Below, piece by piece: positions 24,299 through 39,000 of a DNA stretch of 64,000 nt; position 1 is the first letter of the stretch, and every line of letters begins with the position of its first letter. This DNA is from Stegostoma tigrinum (taxonomy: Eukaryota): the NCBI RefSeq assembly GCF_030684315.1, contig NC_081354.1:148262730-148326729 (forward strand). The letters run 5' to 3'. The position numbers and the translations under genes are program-made. The notes beneath the pieces were generated by a model that was not told where the DNA came from, ran no database searches, and was given only the letters and a program-made list of their open reading frames with translations.

Positions 24299-25770
24299 TG
24301 CTCTCTCTTTGGTTTCATTATTTTGACTCTAGTCAGTGATTGTTTAAGTTCTCAGCTGATCGTTCAGGACATCAGTGCACTTTTGCCACTGTTTGCCTGT
24401 CCAAATGTTCCTTGCTTGGCAGAAAAGGTCTTCAGACAAAAATGCGAAACTATGAATTTTGCCAATTTACATGCAAATAGACTGATATGTGCTGTTGTTT
24501 AATTCATCTTGTTGTGCAAAACAAATAGAACACATACATATTAGGAAGGCAAATTATTGAGATTCATATGTTTAGTGGCATCAATGCAAATAATTTGGAA
24601 ATAAAGTATTAAAAATAAATTTGTATTAACAGTATGCCTGGCTTGAACATAGTAACTACAACTGTATCAGATGTAAGCTATTTTGATGGCATCACCATCT
24701 TTAGTGTAACTTTTAGGGTTGGTTTACAAATTATCATCACAAATCAGGCAATGGTTGATTATAATTTTATTCACATTTTCTTGTAATTAATTGCTTTCAG
24801 TTTTGATCTTGTTCATGAAAAATTGATCTCACATGAAACTATAACCTCTCGTATTTATGCTTTAGTTTGACAGTGGGCATTTCTTTTAGTGAACAATGAA
24901 GCGAGCTCACAATCAGGAAACTATCTCAACTGCCTGTCATAACTGGTTGGTGAGTGGGTTAAAAGCTGGTGGCTGCTCTGCGTAAATACAAGTGTGTTTA
25001 ATTAATGTTTCTAAAATCAGACAAATTAAAACAATGTGGAGTGATACAGATATGGGATGATTCAGACTTCAAGTGGTTCACAAAATAAATGCAATGCCCA
25101 TTGTTTATCATCTGTACATGAGTCAATAGGAAATGCTAACCTTTGATGACTGATCTCTCTGCTGGTTTCAAAATGTATACATTTTCCTTTGCATAACATC
25201 TGGAAAGAAGATTGTGAAGAAGCCAGGATGCTGAATATTGCATAGTAAGAAAGGAGATACATGTAGAGGATGCATATAAAAGTAGTCTTTCGAAACACAA
25301 GAGCTGAATGAAAATGACCAGATGTTAAACAGGGTTTGGGAGTTAAACTTTTTTGTGGTATGGCCAGTCCAATTAATTATTGCAGGTTTAGTTATTGCTG
25401 TTAAATGGATAGTTCACCTGAAATTGTACTAATTTTAAAAGCTATTTTGTGAAATAATTTCCCTCGTCAAGACATTATTGAGAAGTTGATGAAGTATTGA
25501 GTATTAGTGAAGTTAAAATAATAAGGAATGAAAATCAGATAAACCAAAGAGTAATGATTTGTTTGTTAGAGTTTTAAAAACTTGTGCATTATTTTTTTCT
25601 TGAGCATTGCTGACAAGGGACTTTATCTCTGATTTTCCTGGTTATGGTAATTCATTTCTGCCCATTTGGTGTTGGTACAACCAAAGTGCCTATTGGAAGG
25701 GGGTTTCTGGTTTTTAACCTGGTACTAGGGATGATTGACAACGTAGCCAGGATGGTATGTTGCTCCGAGG

Positions 25771-26070
25771 GACATGGTGCTCAGTGATTAGCATTACTGA
25801 TTTACAATGCCAGATACACAGGTTTGATTCCACCCTCGGTGACTGTCTGTGTGGAGTGTGCACATTCTCCCTGTATCTGCGGGGCTTTCTACCAGGTGCT
25901 CTGGTTTTCTCCCACAGTCCAAAGATGAGCAGGTTAGGTGAATTGGCCATGGTTACTGTGGTTTATGGGTATGAAGGCTGGGTCTGGGTTGGATATTCTT
26001 TGGAGAGTTAATGCAGGCTTGTTGGGCTGAATGGCCTACTCCTGCACTGCAGGAATTCTAGATTCTATGA
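25771..26070 (+). mobile_element. tRNA-derived HE1/V-type SINE
   Basis: ggtgctcagtgattagc A-box, ggtttgattcc B-box, conserved core and tail. Confidence 0.8.
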
Positions 26071-26369
26071 TACGTGCAGATGACAGTGTTACCATTTTTT
26101 TGCTCCCTTCACCCTTGGAAGAGTGAAGGCTGCTGGTTTGAAAGATACTGTGAAGGGAGACTGAACAAATTGCTCAGTGCATGTAATAGAATGCACCATT
26201 CAGTGCATCTGAGTGGTATTGAGCTACTTGAGTTTTATTTGATCTGCATTAAAACAGGCAAGTGGGCAGTATCCCCTCACAATGCTGACCTATGCCTTGT
26301 AGATGGTGGACAGATTATGGAGAGTGAGGGAAAATGCTGAAGAGCTCCAGTGTTAATGTCCTGAAGCTG

Positions 26370-26498
26370 AGACGATGTGGAAATGCCAGTGTTGGACTTG
26401 GGTGGACAAAGTCAGGAGTCACATGACACCAGGTTATAGTCCAACAGGTTTATTTGAAATCCCAAGCTTTCGGACCACAGCCCCTTTGTCAGGTGAAG
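26370..26498 (-). mobile_element. Terminal stub of the Neptune-type PLE family seen at 7484
   Basis: gagtcacatgacaccaggttatagtccaacaggtttatttgaaatc matches 7488-7531; includes decayed hammerhead (rc ctgacaaaggggctgtggtccgaaagctt). Confidence 0.65.
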
Positions 26499-26559
26499 AA
26501 GGCCATCTCCTCCCTCTCTAAAACCTTCTGAAAATACCTCCTTTGGTCTTATGGCCTTA

Positions 26560-27165
26560 TAATACATAGGAACGGAAATTAGGCCATTCAGTCTATCAAG
26601 TCTGCTTTGCCATTCAATCCTGGCTGATAAGTTTCTCAACCCCATTCTCCCATTTTCTCCCCATAACCCTTGATCTCCTTGACAGTCAAGAACCTACCTA
26701 TCTCCATCTTAAACATACTCAATGACCTGGCCTCCACAGCTTCTGTGGGCAGTGAATTCCATAGATTCCCCACTCTCTGGCTGAAGAAGTTTCTCCTTAT
26801 CTCCATTCTAAAAGATCTTCCCTTTACTCTAAGACTGTGCCCTCAGGCCCGAGTCTCTCCTACTAATGGAAGCATCTTCCCAAGATCCACTCTGTCCAGG
26901 CCACTCAGCCTCCTGTAAGTTTCAATTAGATCCCCCCTCATTCTTCTAAACTCCATCGAGTATAGACCCAGAGTCCTCAAACGTTCCTCATATGTTAAGC
27001 TTTCCATTCCTGGAGTCACTTTTGTGAACCTCCTCTGAACCTGCTCCAGGGCCAGTACATCTTTCCTGAGATACGGGGCCCAAAACTGCACATAATACTC
27101 CAAATGTGGCCTGACCAGAGGCTTATCGAGCCTCAGAAGTATATCCCTACATTTATATTCAAGGA
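26560..27165 (-). mobile_element. CR1 LINE 3' portion
   Basis: Minus ORF LVRPHLEYYVQFWAPYLRKDVLALEQVQRRFT...RRMRGDLIETY. Confidence 0.92.
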
Positions 27166-27354
27166 ACATGATTGCATTGCAGAACTAGCATTAACCGTGC
27201 TGATGATTGGCTTCACATAAGAAGCCTAAAATTATGAACTTTAAAGTTGATATTCACTCATTAATTCCAACTTGTATATCTTTAAGAAAAGTGCATCAGT
27301 GAGTTCTGAAGGCTGCTCTAGTTGTGATTCTGATCCTGGAGAGCCAGACTTGGA

Positions 27355-27990
27355 AGAGAGTAGGTTCCAAGGTTTTCAGATGCTATGTTGCAGGCTTTGG
27401 TGAAGGTGGTGCTATCAAGAAAAATCTCTATTCTTTAGGGGACCAGGAGGCCCTCAGAGACATTGTCAGATGATTGTCAGATCAAAGGTGTCATAGTTAG
27501 GTGACATATCCCAAGGACCAAGATACAACGTTGCAGAAAGTCCAGTGACTTTCTGTAAATGATCAAGGTCAGTGCTGACATCTGAAAATGCAACATTGTA
27601 CCAGCTGCACCATAGGTTTCAGATACTGCACAATGTACTATAACCATCCCAGTAATTCCTGTCAATTAGTCTGATACGTAACATTCATTTGATTTACCTC
27701 ACCCACATGTTTTATAACTGATGTCAGCCTCACATGCATATCTCACAGCCTGCACTTTCTTAAACATGATGGCTACATCAGCTGAACAGATTGCATGAAT
27801 GCAGGCATGCACACGCACACACTCGTGAGAAATTCCTTCCATCTTTCAGCACATGGTGGTAGCTGGAAGGAATCGCAAGCATTCAGGCAGGGCTACATGT
27901 CCTGACCTTCATGTTGAAGGTGGTGATGGCCAATACTGAGACTTGCATTGCCACAGCTGCAGCCAGCAAACAGCTGAGCACATCCAACGG
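27355..27990 (+). pseudogene. Degenerate Myb/SANT-like gene remnant of PIF/Harbinger type, apparently with an intron
   Basis: RE*VPRFSDAMLQALVKVV (27355-27411), PRTKIQRCRKSSDFL*MIK then gtcagt donor at 27568, ctttcag acceptor at ~27848, then LHVLTFMLKVVMA. This resembles the 'PRFS..LE.LV..V / R...QCRKK.NDL' Myb/SANT pattern. Confidence 0.5.
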
Positions 27991-30900
27991 TGACATCAGC
28001 CTTACACCTAATCCTCCTTTCTCACAAGCCAGACCTCCGCCATCATTGAAAATTTGCTAAGGCACACTCTTGCACACAAGAGAATTCAGAGGAGGGCATT
28101 AATGGGACTGCCCACAGATGACTGTTGATGGCTATGCACAACAAAATACTTGGAGCATTAAGAAGTCTTTCATTCAGGAAAACAACATGGGGCCATACAT
28201 AGTGTGTACTTCTTATACAAGGAAAAGGAAAACAAGCATTTATGGAAAGTAAAAGGATAGTTACTTACCTTTAAGCAATGAGAATGATTTGTTCATAAAT
28301 GTGACCTGGAATGTGTTGATCAGTAACAGAGGGAAGGTAAGGTGTAGGAGTGTTGGTGAGCGGAGAATTCTGGTTATGGTTATTGATAAGGCACTCAGAT
28401 GAGTTGTTCACAGCTGGCCTGGGCAGAGAAGGGGCATTCAATATCACCCTCCACCCTTCCACTTCCTCAGCTTTTTATTAGAGAGCAGATATCAAATGCT
28501 GTCACCTATTGATGGCAAAGCTGCACAGCATGCAGCAGATGACCATTAATTTTTGACAGCCCCTCTTTCAAGTACTGTGGAACTTCTTTCAAAGAGTAGA
28601 GTGTACTGAATGACCTAGGTTCGACAGCCCCCTGTGGTCACGTACTGTATAGATTCACTACCCTCAGAGAGAAAAAAATTCTCCTAATTTCTGTATTAAA
28701 TGTGTGACCCCTTACTGAACCCCTGTGGTGCCAGACTCTTCCTCAAGGGGAAGCACCCTCTCTGCATTTACCCTGTCAGCTCCCCAAAGGAGCTGAAATT
28801 TCACCATCTCCCATGATGGGATTTGAGACGAAAACGATAACCAGTGGTTCTGGATTAGAAGTCCAGTGACATCATCACTATTCCACCATCTTTTGATGAG
28901 GGTCTTTCATCTCTCCTCCCTCTTCAAGCAGATTATCTTGGACAGTGAACAACCCTCTACTGAATGTCCAAGCGGTGCTGTCTTCAACGGGAATGACTCC
29001 TCATTCGAATGCCACTCCAGTGGCTGTGACATGTTCATATAGATGTTTGAAAATGGAAAAATGTATTGAGATTGTATTCAGTAATTATATTGGGCTTCAA
29101 AGTGGATGTTTTGAGTACAAAAGCATAAACACTTTGTTGTTCAACTTGGGTCCAGTTCTGGTCACCGTGCTTTCAGAAGAACGTAACGGTCCTTGTGCTG
29201 CCAAATGGCACAATTGGTGGCAAGTGAACTTTGTAGATTGGTGCCATAATCTGCCTACTTTGCATATTTCTGCCTGTTTTTTTTAACACAATATGCACAC
29301 TGTAATACCCTCATCATTAAGGAGCCTGGCATAATTTGCCACAAAAATGCTTAAGAGTCTCAGTTTGGCTATCAATTGGTATTATTAATCTGAATTTCAA
29401 CAGATCATGTTCTATTTCTTCTTGACAAATAGAACCCCTTCAATGGCACATTATGTATGGAATGAAACAAAAGCAGCAGTAACTGACTGAAATATCCATG
29501 GTATCTCATGTTTCTAGGTGTGAATGGCATGTTTTCTTATGCTTCTGAAAAGCCAACTGTTTGTGTGACTCTGCCTTCCAATGTAACACTGTCTTCTTGA
29601 TAAGAACTTTGAAATCATACCAGGGCCACCGAAATATACCAATGACAATAGTGATTCCTAAGTAGTTTGCTTAAAGCTGAAAGGTACCCACTAGGATTGT
29701 ATTTTCAGATAGTGGAAACTGATAATGTTGCACCCGCCCCTATGTTCTAAGCAAGTGAATTTAAATAAAGATTTCAGTGTGCCAAGTTAGACAACTGCTA
29801 TAATGCATCTATACCTCTGTTCATGACACTGAGATGCTAAATAATTTTTTATTGTGGCAGTGGGGAATCAAAATTCTGTATCTTTCCTCATCATCGCATT
29901 CAACTGTATTTCCTGTTGGTTCAAGAAACTACATTAGGTTTTCATTTTGCACTTAATGCAATTTAACCTACAGCGAAAATTTGAGCACTGGAATAATGAA
30001 AGAAGAAGTGGTTGCTGCTCCTGTCTGATTTAATTTGTCTGATGCTGTACATTGTTGCTGTGTCTTAGATCTGCTCAGAGGGATAAGTAAGGAGAGTCTG
30101 GCTGGTAACCTGGGCAGCCAACAGGCGATGTCTCAGGGAAGCTTTGTGATGTTATATTTTTTCCGGTGTTTGGTTATCTAAATCTCCTTGTTAATGCCAA
30201 ATTTAATTTTAAACAGGACTGCAGTGTCAGCAGAAATAAAAAAACCCACAATGGTGTGACCAATCACTCTGACCTGGAGTGGGAAAATTGCAGAGTGGCT
30301 TAGTTGCTGCCACAAAGCTGTCCAGGAACAGCAAAGTTTTTCACAATTAGATCCAACATCAATAGCACAACTCTAACTACTGGGAAGCAGGGAGAGATAA
30401 TATACATTAAGGTAACACTGGTAACAGAGAGAGTTTAATTTTGAACAGAACAACAAAGAAAAAATTGGGCTGACTTTATTCAGAAACAGAAAGGGGAAGA
30501 ACTCTCTGCGTAAGTCAAAGTAGCACTAGATCCCTAATTCTGAGCATTACATCCCTGAACCTGGTACTCATCATATTTGCTGGGGATCAAGCACGCGTTG
30601 TACTTTGTAAATCTGTGGTTCATAGAGGCAGTTGCACATGTCTAAGTGCAGCTGCCTGCAGACAGATCCAATTTTTGTTCCTGGAAGTCTCAAACACATT
30701 CAAGTTATCCAACAGTTTTAGTGATTTTCCAGAGTCAGCAAGAAAGTATTTAATTAATAGATAATTACTAGATTCCTTTCTCTGGAACTTCCAAGCTGTC
30801 AAATCATTTAAATTAACTGCTTTTTAAACTATTGTTGGGGGAAGAAAAGTCAGCTCACAGTTGAAAAAAAATGTGCTGCTTGTTGACATAAGGATAGGTG

Positions 30901-33900
30901 CTGTTTGACTGTTTTTACAACCAAAACTAAAGGGGGACCTGTAAATTCACAGTTTGATCAACAGGCTCCAACTGATCAAAACAAGATTAATTTATTTGGG
31001 TGTGATAAAACTAATGTATGTTTTGATAAAGGATTAAATACTTGAAGAAAATGTTAACAGGAATAAGAATTTGAAAAGACTTGTTTATAATTGAATTTTT
31101 AAAAAATTTGTGAAGTCTGCAATACTTAGAAATTCAAAAATATGTTTTATTTCACCTTACCATGGCACATGAAGACTGCTCATGTTAGACATTGTATGAA
31201 CTATGAAGGGCTCGAAGAGGAAAGGGTGATGGGTAGACCAGTATATGTATGTATGGAGGGGCCAAAGGGGTGAGTAGAGGGCATTGATTGACATAGAGGT
31301 TATGATGGAACATATGTCAGAAGGTGGAAGCATGAGTTACCATGGATGGGCCATGGAGAGTGTTGGGGCTGAGGGCTAGAAAGTTTTTCTCATTCTGTTG
31401 TTTTTATTGTCATGTGGGACTATAGCCTAGAGGACTGAGGCAGGCCTTTTTGAACACCCAGCAGCCCATATGACTCCCTCCTGACTCTTTCTGGTAGGCA
31501 CAACTTTATTCAGTACCGATGCACTGAAATGACAATCTGCACATTTGGGCAAATTTCTTGAGTCATGTTTGAGAATTTCAGTCTTTTTTAAAGCTTTCTG
31601 CAGATGGTAGTATAATTTTTTAAACCTTACAGAAAAAGTAACCAAGAAAACAATGTGATTTATTGCTGACTGCACCTCAATCCATCAAGATTCATATACT
31701 ATTTTTTTTCTGTCTGCATGGAAGTTACCACTAGGAAAACAAATTTGACCAATAATTAAAATTTTCTGGAAATGTTTTTCTGTGAAAAATTATTTTTTTT
31801 CTATGAACTTTACCCTCAATATTATAATTCATGATCTTGCTCTACCTCTTGTCATAACATGCTGTAGGATTTATTGTTCTATCAGTAACTCATGCCCAGT
31901 ATGTTCACTGATTTATACTGTGCTGCTCAGTCTTATTGTTGAAATATAATGTAATGCTTTATGTTCCCAAAATATGGTACTGTTTCTTTCCCCATTTGAA
32001 TAGCTTTACAAGTTGTTTTGTAAATCCTTGCAAAAGTATATATCCAATTTATAAGTGACAGTTTTACAAGAAAGTTGTGCTTAAGGTCAGTAAAATTGGT
32101 TCATTTGTCAACTAGACATGATCAAATGAATAATGTATGAAGGAAAAGCTGATTGACTATCAGTCTAAATAAAGAGGACAAGGAAAGCGGGTTTCCATGC
32201 AATATGAGAACCTTTCAGAAATGCAAACCTTGTGACCATGCACTGGTAATAATAACCCATCCTTTTTCCAACACACTGCAAAATGAAAGCTTGATTGATT
32301 TGTACTATCAAAAGATGCTTTGATTTGGACTCTAGTCTTGCACAAGCCTTGATATTAATATTAGAATTTTGAGAAATGGACAGACATGTTCACATGCTGC
32401 CACCACTGCCGCAGACAAAGAACATGAGAGTGGAATATGATAGACAGTGGGAAAAAAAATGAATAAAAAGAAGCAAATGAGACCAGAGATGTCAGAATGA
32501 ACAGCAGGTGATTATGATCCCTAGAGTAAGCTCCATTACCATCCTCCACAATGACCCATGCATTTATGATAGCTCCTATTGCTTTTAATCCTCAAATAGG
32601 GAGCTAAATTTGTGATTTTTTTCTACCTAGCATGGAGTCTGTTTTAGTACATGTCGTATGGTGGAAAATTACATTGTGAATTTTTTCCACTTAGGATGAC
32701 AATATCAGCAGAGGCAATCTAGAGCAGAATAATGGTATCCCTGGCGTTAGTAACACATGCGATCTGATTCTGACTGCTTCTTATGAAATATTTTGTTGCT
32801 TCCCAAGAACCTCAGTTCCTTTGTTATTTTTTTGCCCACAAGTATGTTACTGTTGAATGAATATGTATTATTTAACTTCCCTCGTTCTTATTTGTTTTTA
32901 AACCCATTACTTTGGTATTTCAACATCTCACCAAGTGTGAATAAAATGATTAGATAACAGTTGCCAAAGCACTTCATACCTTGCATAATTTGGTAAGGTT
33001 CAACTACTGTACTTCAGAATTTATTTTTCTTAAGGTAAGGAAACACATAGTTTTCAATCTTTCCTGAAAAGAGATTGTCAGATTTTGCAAAGTAAATATG
33101 TCTTCTCGTGATTTACTGGCTGGTATTAAATACAAGACTATAAAATGAACAATATTCTTTGCTTTTTCGTTTCAGAAGATCTAAATAATGAACCAATAGA
33201 CCACTAATTTTTAAATTACTTGTAGTTATTTACCAGTGGAGTATAAATAGTGTCTTCTGGTCCTGAAATTTGGATCATTGCTGCATCAAAATCATTTGAA
33301 TAACAAAGCTAACATTTTCATCTTGAAATCTACATGCTTCTTAAGTCACAGTTCTAGAGGTGTTCCATAAAGACAAAAGGATGCAGGGATTTGGGAATTT
33401 GTCCATTTTTTTGTCAACAATTTTGGTTAATTGTTAAATTTTTTTGGAACTGTGTGTAAAAGTAGTTTTATTCTGTTTTGCCTGCAATTATTTCATTGCA
33501 GTGCCTTGACTGAAAATCACGACTTTGTGAACAATTTGGTGAAGGAAAATGTCAATGATAACAATGCTGAAGATCCACAAAAATGTCTAAGTAGGGATTT
33601 ATATCAGAGATAAATTTGTTTTAAAAAGTATTAATTGTTTATCTCAGTACCGTCTTTTATAAATTAATTGTATAATCTGTTCTTTCTATCTCTTTTCTTT
33701 GTCCTATTTCAAATGAAATCAATGACATTCTGAAGTGCATTGCCCTTGGGCATAGGCTGCCTTCTGATCTCCTCACATGAAATCCTGGGCACTTAACGTC
33801 TGCACTGTTTTCAATCATTTGGACTGTTGAGGCTCACACCTGGCCTTTTTTGCATCAGACGCTCAGCAGTCACGTCAGTCCCACAGGGGCACGATCATTT

Positions 33901-34575
33901 AATAATGATTAAAAGAATGGAATATTGGCCATTTGCCTTCCCTTCTGAAAAGCCAGGAAAATCTGATCATTGCATTGAAATGTGGTTCCCAGCATTGTCC
34001 TTCCTGTGACGAGGTGCTGAGCAGGGGGCAGCGATTGAAGGCAAACACTAAAGGTAAAAGTTAAAAACGTGGAGGCTAGGAATAAAAATAGATGTCAACT
34101 ATGATACTTTCAGTAAAATGGTAAAACACTTGTGAATGTAGCTTGCAAGGTAAGGTTATTTATTCCAGAAAACAGTATAAGTGGATTAAATGATACATTT
34201 CTAGATAGCAATGATTAAAAGGGAGCTGGATGGGGTTGCATTTTGAAAAGTATGATTTGTTGGGTCCAGTAACATGTTCTCATTGTAGTAATGTGTATCA
34301 TTACACTTTCATTCATTGCTTAATTTATTTTGCTTGTATTTAAGAATGAAACCATTCTCTTCAATTTTTCATTGTAGGGCAATTAGGCAATGCTAAAATG
34401 CAATCATTTGGTTCTTGGCCAGAAAGGCATCCCTCTGATAGCGACAATTGACCAATTGTGTAGAATAATTTCTGTTAGTTCGCTGTCACTCTGTCAGTTT
34501 AAATGAGGCATTAGAAAAATACGTTCTATAATTTTATCAAGAGAAATGGTAAAGCTAGAACTGTTGACATGCTTG

Positions 34576-34930
34576 AGACAGTAAGAATGGCAGATACTGG
34601 AGTCAGAGATAACACAGTGTGGAGCTGGAAGAACACAGCTGGCCAGGCAGCATCAGAGGAGCAGGAAAGCTGTCATTTCAGTTGGGACTTTTTCAGAAAT
34701 AGGGTGGGGGAAGGGAGCTCAGAAATAAATAGAGAGGAGGGGTGGGGCTGGGGAAGATAGGTGGGTTAGTAATTAGGTGAGTGCCAATAGGCAGTAGTGG
34801 GGATTGATCTATGAGGTGGGAGGGGCAGATTAGTGGGACAGAGGATGTATAAGTTATGGTACTTCAAGGAAGTGGGGACGAGAGGGAGGGTTGGTCACGG
34901 GATGAGGCTGGGGCTGGGCAGATTTTGAAA
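34576..34930 (-). mobile_element. PLE 'family B' terminal region (older relative of family A)
   Basis: gcagatactggagtcagagataacacagtgtggagctggaagaacacagc...gaaataaatagagagg, with the same layout as family A. Confidence 0.65.
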
Positions 34931-35227
34931 CAGTATTTGAAATTATTTAATATACTTTCCTGCTCATTTTGACAATGAATATTTTAAACCACAGTTTTGT
35001 ATCTTTACTGGGATAATTTTGCAGTGACTTGCAGATGTTTTTCTCCCACTAATGTCATGAAAACACTGAGTTAGGTGATGAGGTGCTGCCTGAATGTTGC
35101 ATCATTTCTTTTGAATTAAAAAGGACTTTGTATTGGTTTATTCTGATTGTATTAATTTTGGTGTTTTTTTGCCTGTATTAGGCATTTTTTCATGGTATTG
35201 CACATGTAATGCAAGACAAATTATGTT

Positions 35228-35620
35228 AGAGTCACAGAACACAAACGGACCTTTCGATCCAATTAGTCTATGCCAACCATGTTCTCGACCTAAACTACTC
35301 CCACCTGCCTGCATTTGGCCCATATCCCTCCAAACATTTCCTATTCATGTACTTATCCAAAAGTCTTTTAAATGTACCTGTATTCACTATTTCTTCTGGC
35401 AGTGCCTTCCACACATGAACCACTCTGTGTAAAAAAAAGTTGCACCTCATGACCTTTTTAAAACTTTATCCTCTTGCCAGAAAAACTTTCCCCCTCATTT
35501 TAAACTACCCCACCATAGGGAAAAGACCCTTGCTATTCACCTTGTCTATGCCTGTCATGATTTTATAAACCTCTCTAAGGTCACCACTCAACCTCCTACA
35601 TTTCAGTAAAAGAAGTCCTG
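35228..35620 (-). mobile_element. CR1 3' end
   Basis: Reverse complement of gtgtggttcatgtgtggaa and ggataagtacatgaatagg...atatgggccaaatgcagg, typical CR1 3' sequence. Confidence 0.75.
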
Positions 35621-35621
35621 T

Positions 35622-35832
35622 CTGAACCAGCAAGCTTCACCACTTGGAGGGAAAAGGTCAGCAAGCAAATAGGAATGCTATCACCTGCAAGTTCTCTGTT
35701 GTCCTGACTTGGAACTCTATCACCATTACTTCAATGTGGCGAGGTCAATATTCTGCAACACCAGTCCTAATAGCACTGTAGATGTAACTACATGATGTGG
35801 ACTGCGATAGATCAACAAGGTGGTTACCTCCA
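35622..35832 (+). mobile_element. L2/Crack-like LINE 3' fragment
   Basis: atcacctgcaagttc...cctgacttggaactctatcacc similar to 4055. Confidence 0.55.
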
Positions 35833-35924
35833 TCATGCAAAGTTATACATTTTTTTTATTTTTCTGTTTAAACTTTGCATGTCCCTATCTTTAGTGGTAA
35901 AATTGCAAGAAGGTGCAATTTACA

Positions 35925-36022
35925 TAGATAACAAAGTGTGTGGCTGGATGAACACAGCAGGCCAAGCAGCATCTCAGGAACACAAAAGCTGACATTTCGG
36001 GCCTAGACCCTTCATCAGAGAG
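35925..36022 (-). mobile_element. PLE family A stub (short terminus) with CpG-decayed hammerhead 35991-36018
   Basis: agataacaaagtgtgtggctggatgaacac...gacatttcgggcctagacccttcatcagaga. Confidence 0.85.
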
Positions 36023-39000
36023 CCTAAATAGAGTCTTTTTACTTAGGATGTAGACTTGGAAATCTATTTTTAAAAAGTTGACAAGTCTGTATATGTAGAT
36101 TCTTTAAAATCATAGATGTCTACCTTTCTTAAAAAAAATCCACCATCTTTGCGGCTTAGTACCAAGTTGTAGACAGATTGGAGGGGATGTGAAGAGCTCT
36201 CTTTCTCATCCAGGGTTCTTTAGGTGTTTCGTTACCCTGTTTGGTGGTTGAGGCAGAAACCCTCAACTCATTCAGAAGAAACCTGGATCTGTGCATGAAA
36301 TAATTTAATATTTGAAACACTGTAACCTGCAAGACCACAGACCAGATAGTGGAAGGTGAGATTAGAACATGTAGCTGGTTTATAAACACCGGCCAGCCAG
36401 TGATACGTGCATCCCATCAGTGAATTTAAAATAAGCTCCTGCTGTACCATAACTTTTCTCTTTCTTTTATAGTTCTATGTGCCCACACTATTTGTTATTT
36501 TCCAGCTGAGAGGTTGGATAAATCATCTGCTCCTAGTCACTATCTTACCCAAGCAATACATTGATAAACAGTTTAAATGACTTCAGTGTTCTATTCATTT
36601 CTTTATGGAAATGCCTAATGTGTTGGCTATGTTTTCCTCCCTCAGACAAGATTATTATCGCTCCATGGGATGCAATGTGAACCTGTGTCCTACTGTTGAG
36701 TGATCTACAGCCATCACAACATTTTATTATTGTGGGCTGGAAACAGTCAGCAGAATGCAATTTAGTATATTTTCTTGCAGAGTAAGATTTAAAAGATTGT
36801 GCAACACAATGTCCAATCTATCAGGCATGAGTTCATATGAGAAAAAACTGTACAATGTTAACAGACCTTTAAAAAGAGAAACGTATGAGGATCAAAGATA
36901 GTCTTGTCATCAAATTGGAGGCACAGTCACAATTTCTTATCACACAGCACATAAGTTGCTTGACATAGAACCTCAGAGGATAAAGGTGATTGAGAAATAA
37001 GAGTTCAGTGACTTTTTGTTCCCATATAATACTGTTTAATATCAATTAGAATGCTTTTAATTAAAATGGTTTTCTGCAGCTGAACTAGCTGTGAATGTAC
37101 AAAGGGACAGTCAGCATCTGAAGAAGAAAGAGTCACAAATGTTTCAAGTCACAGTACCCCTTCAGAGCGAGCCATTGTACATTTCCAACATTCTCCATTC
37201 TTGTTTCAGATTTCTAACACATGTTGCTTTTATCTCTGACACACTTCGATTTATGTGCTTTCTTTATCAGACACACATTGATCTCAATGTGTTGACTAAT
37301 AGTGAGGTTTTAAAATAAAATACAAATTGGACAAAGCAATCTAGAAGTGAGATACCTGAAGTACTTACTTTCTTCCCAGTGTCTGTAGTGAGTTGAAAGG
37401 CATTTCCTGTTTTCTATTTGCCTCAGATCTGTTGTCTGGAATTGAATTGAATTGAAAGCAGAAGGTGTCCCACAGTGAACAGACATTTATCAGAAGTCTG
37501 GGAGCATGCAGACTAAGACATAGATGTTGAGAGCGTTGCAGCCAGCTGTGACCAGTCGCAGCAGCAGTGTAATGAATAAATTTAGCTGGTTCTTGGGTTG
37601 CGGGGAGGGCAACTTTAAACAGTGATGGATAAAAGTAAGACAAATTAATGGAGGGAAATTGGGCCATGAAATAGCCATATTTGAGGGAATTTCGTCAAAT
37701 GAAATGTCTTGAATTGTTTGCTTCTGTAGTTTATTAAGTAAAACAATATTGGGAATTTGCATGTGATGCTGATTATTTTCTCAGATGCTGACTGATCCTA
37801 AATATTGTCCATTCCAACCTTTAAAAATAAATGAAACTTGTCAGAACTCAATAAATGATAAAAAGTAATTATGTAGGAAATAGTGATTAAACCAAAAACA
37901 AGAAAAAAGCAGCTTTTTTAATGGATAAGGCGAGTTAAAGCAGCTTAAAATATTTGAATATGGCTGAAGAGAGACCTACTGCTGAAGTTTTTCATTTTGT
38001 GTTCATTAAGACATGCATAAGAATGTCAAACTTCAAGGAATCACAACAATTTGTGCTAAAGGAAAAAACGTGCCATGTGTTTGGGGAGTTGACTGATTTC
38101 TCATTGTGTTGACTCAGAGAAGTCAATGGGAATCTATAGACTCACCAACTCATGAGTGATTCAAAAAAAGCCTTCAGACTTAACATATATTCTTTTTTGA
38201 TTTTTAAAGACAGGTTCCTGTCATGAATATTTGTCACATCTAGCAAGCATAAACAAGCCATATTACAAGCTCTCCTAGCTTTCTCACGTTGGTTTTCAGT
38301 TCAGCTATTATAATGTACTGAGGACTGCTAAACTGCAGAATCACAACCAACGTTAATGTTTTGTTCTGGGTTTTGCATGCGCGGGTTGAACAAATCAAAC
38401 AACATGCTATGTCAGTTAATTGTAACAGGGACCATATAGATCATAATCATCCAGCCTGTATTTGCAAACCAAAATCAAAATGTCCACTGCTAGAAGTTTC
38501 CTATGGTATAAATTGTTGCGATTGTTCGAAATTTGGCATTCTTTCATTAGTTTTAGTGAGTATAGGATGAAAAGTCGCAGAAACGTGACTCTGCAGCAAT
38601 ATTCAAGTTCTGCACTACTAAGAGACTGAAACAAGTTTTTGTTAAGCAATATATTTGGCATCTTTCTTCAAAATCCTTGCTGTAAAGAATGGAATAGTGA
38701 TAAGATATGCTTCAGGATTTTGTCGTAGGCTCTAATGATTACCTTGCTGATTAAATAATCAGAGAAAATCCGCAGTTTAAAAGGCATTTCAGTGTCACAA
38801 TAAAGTATTCATTTTTGTCTGCAGGAACAATAGAGGTGGAAGGAAGATTTAAAATGGTCTGAATGAGTTCTGGTCACGGATTGACTTCCTGTAAAAAAAC
38901 CTTATAGGCTGAAGAGTTTTTCTTCACTTTTGCTCTCTGAAGTGTTCTCATGAGTGACTGAGAACAGCTTTTAACACCATTAACTCTGAAATGAAAATTA

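Noticed and set aside
34013-34032. CTCF-like motif (tgagcagggggcagc; also the reverse-strand match near 28625-28640)
   Set aside because: Imperfect matches at key positions; expected by chance in 64 kb.
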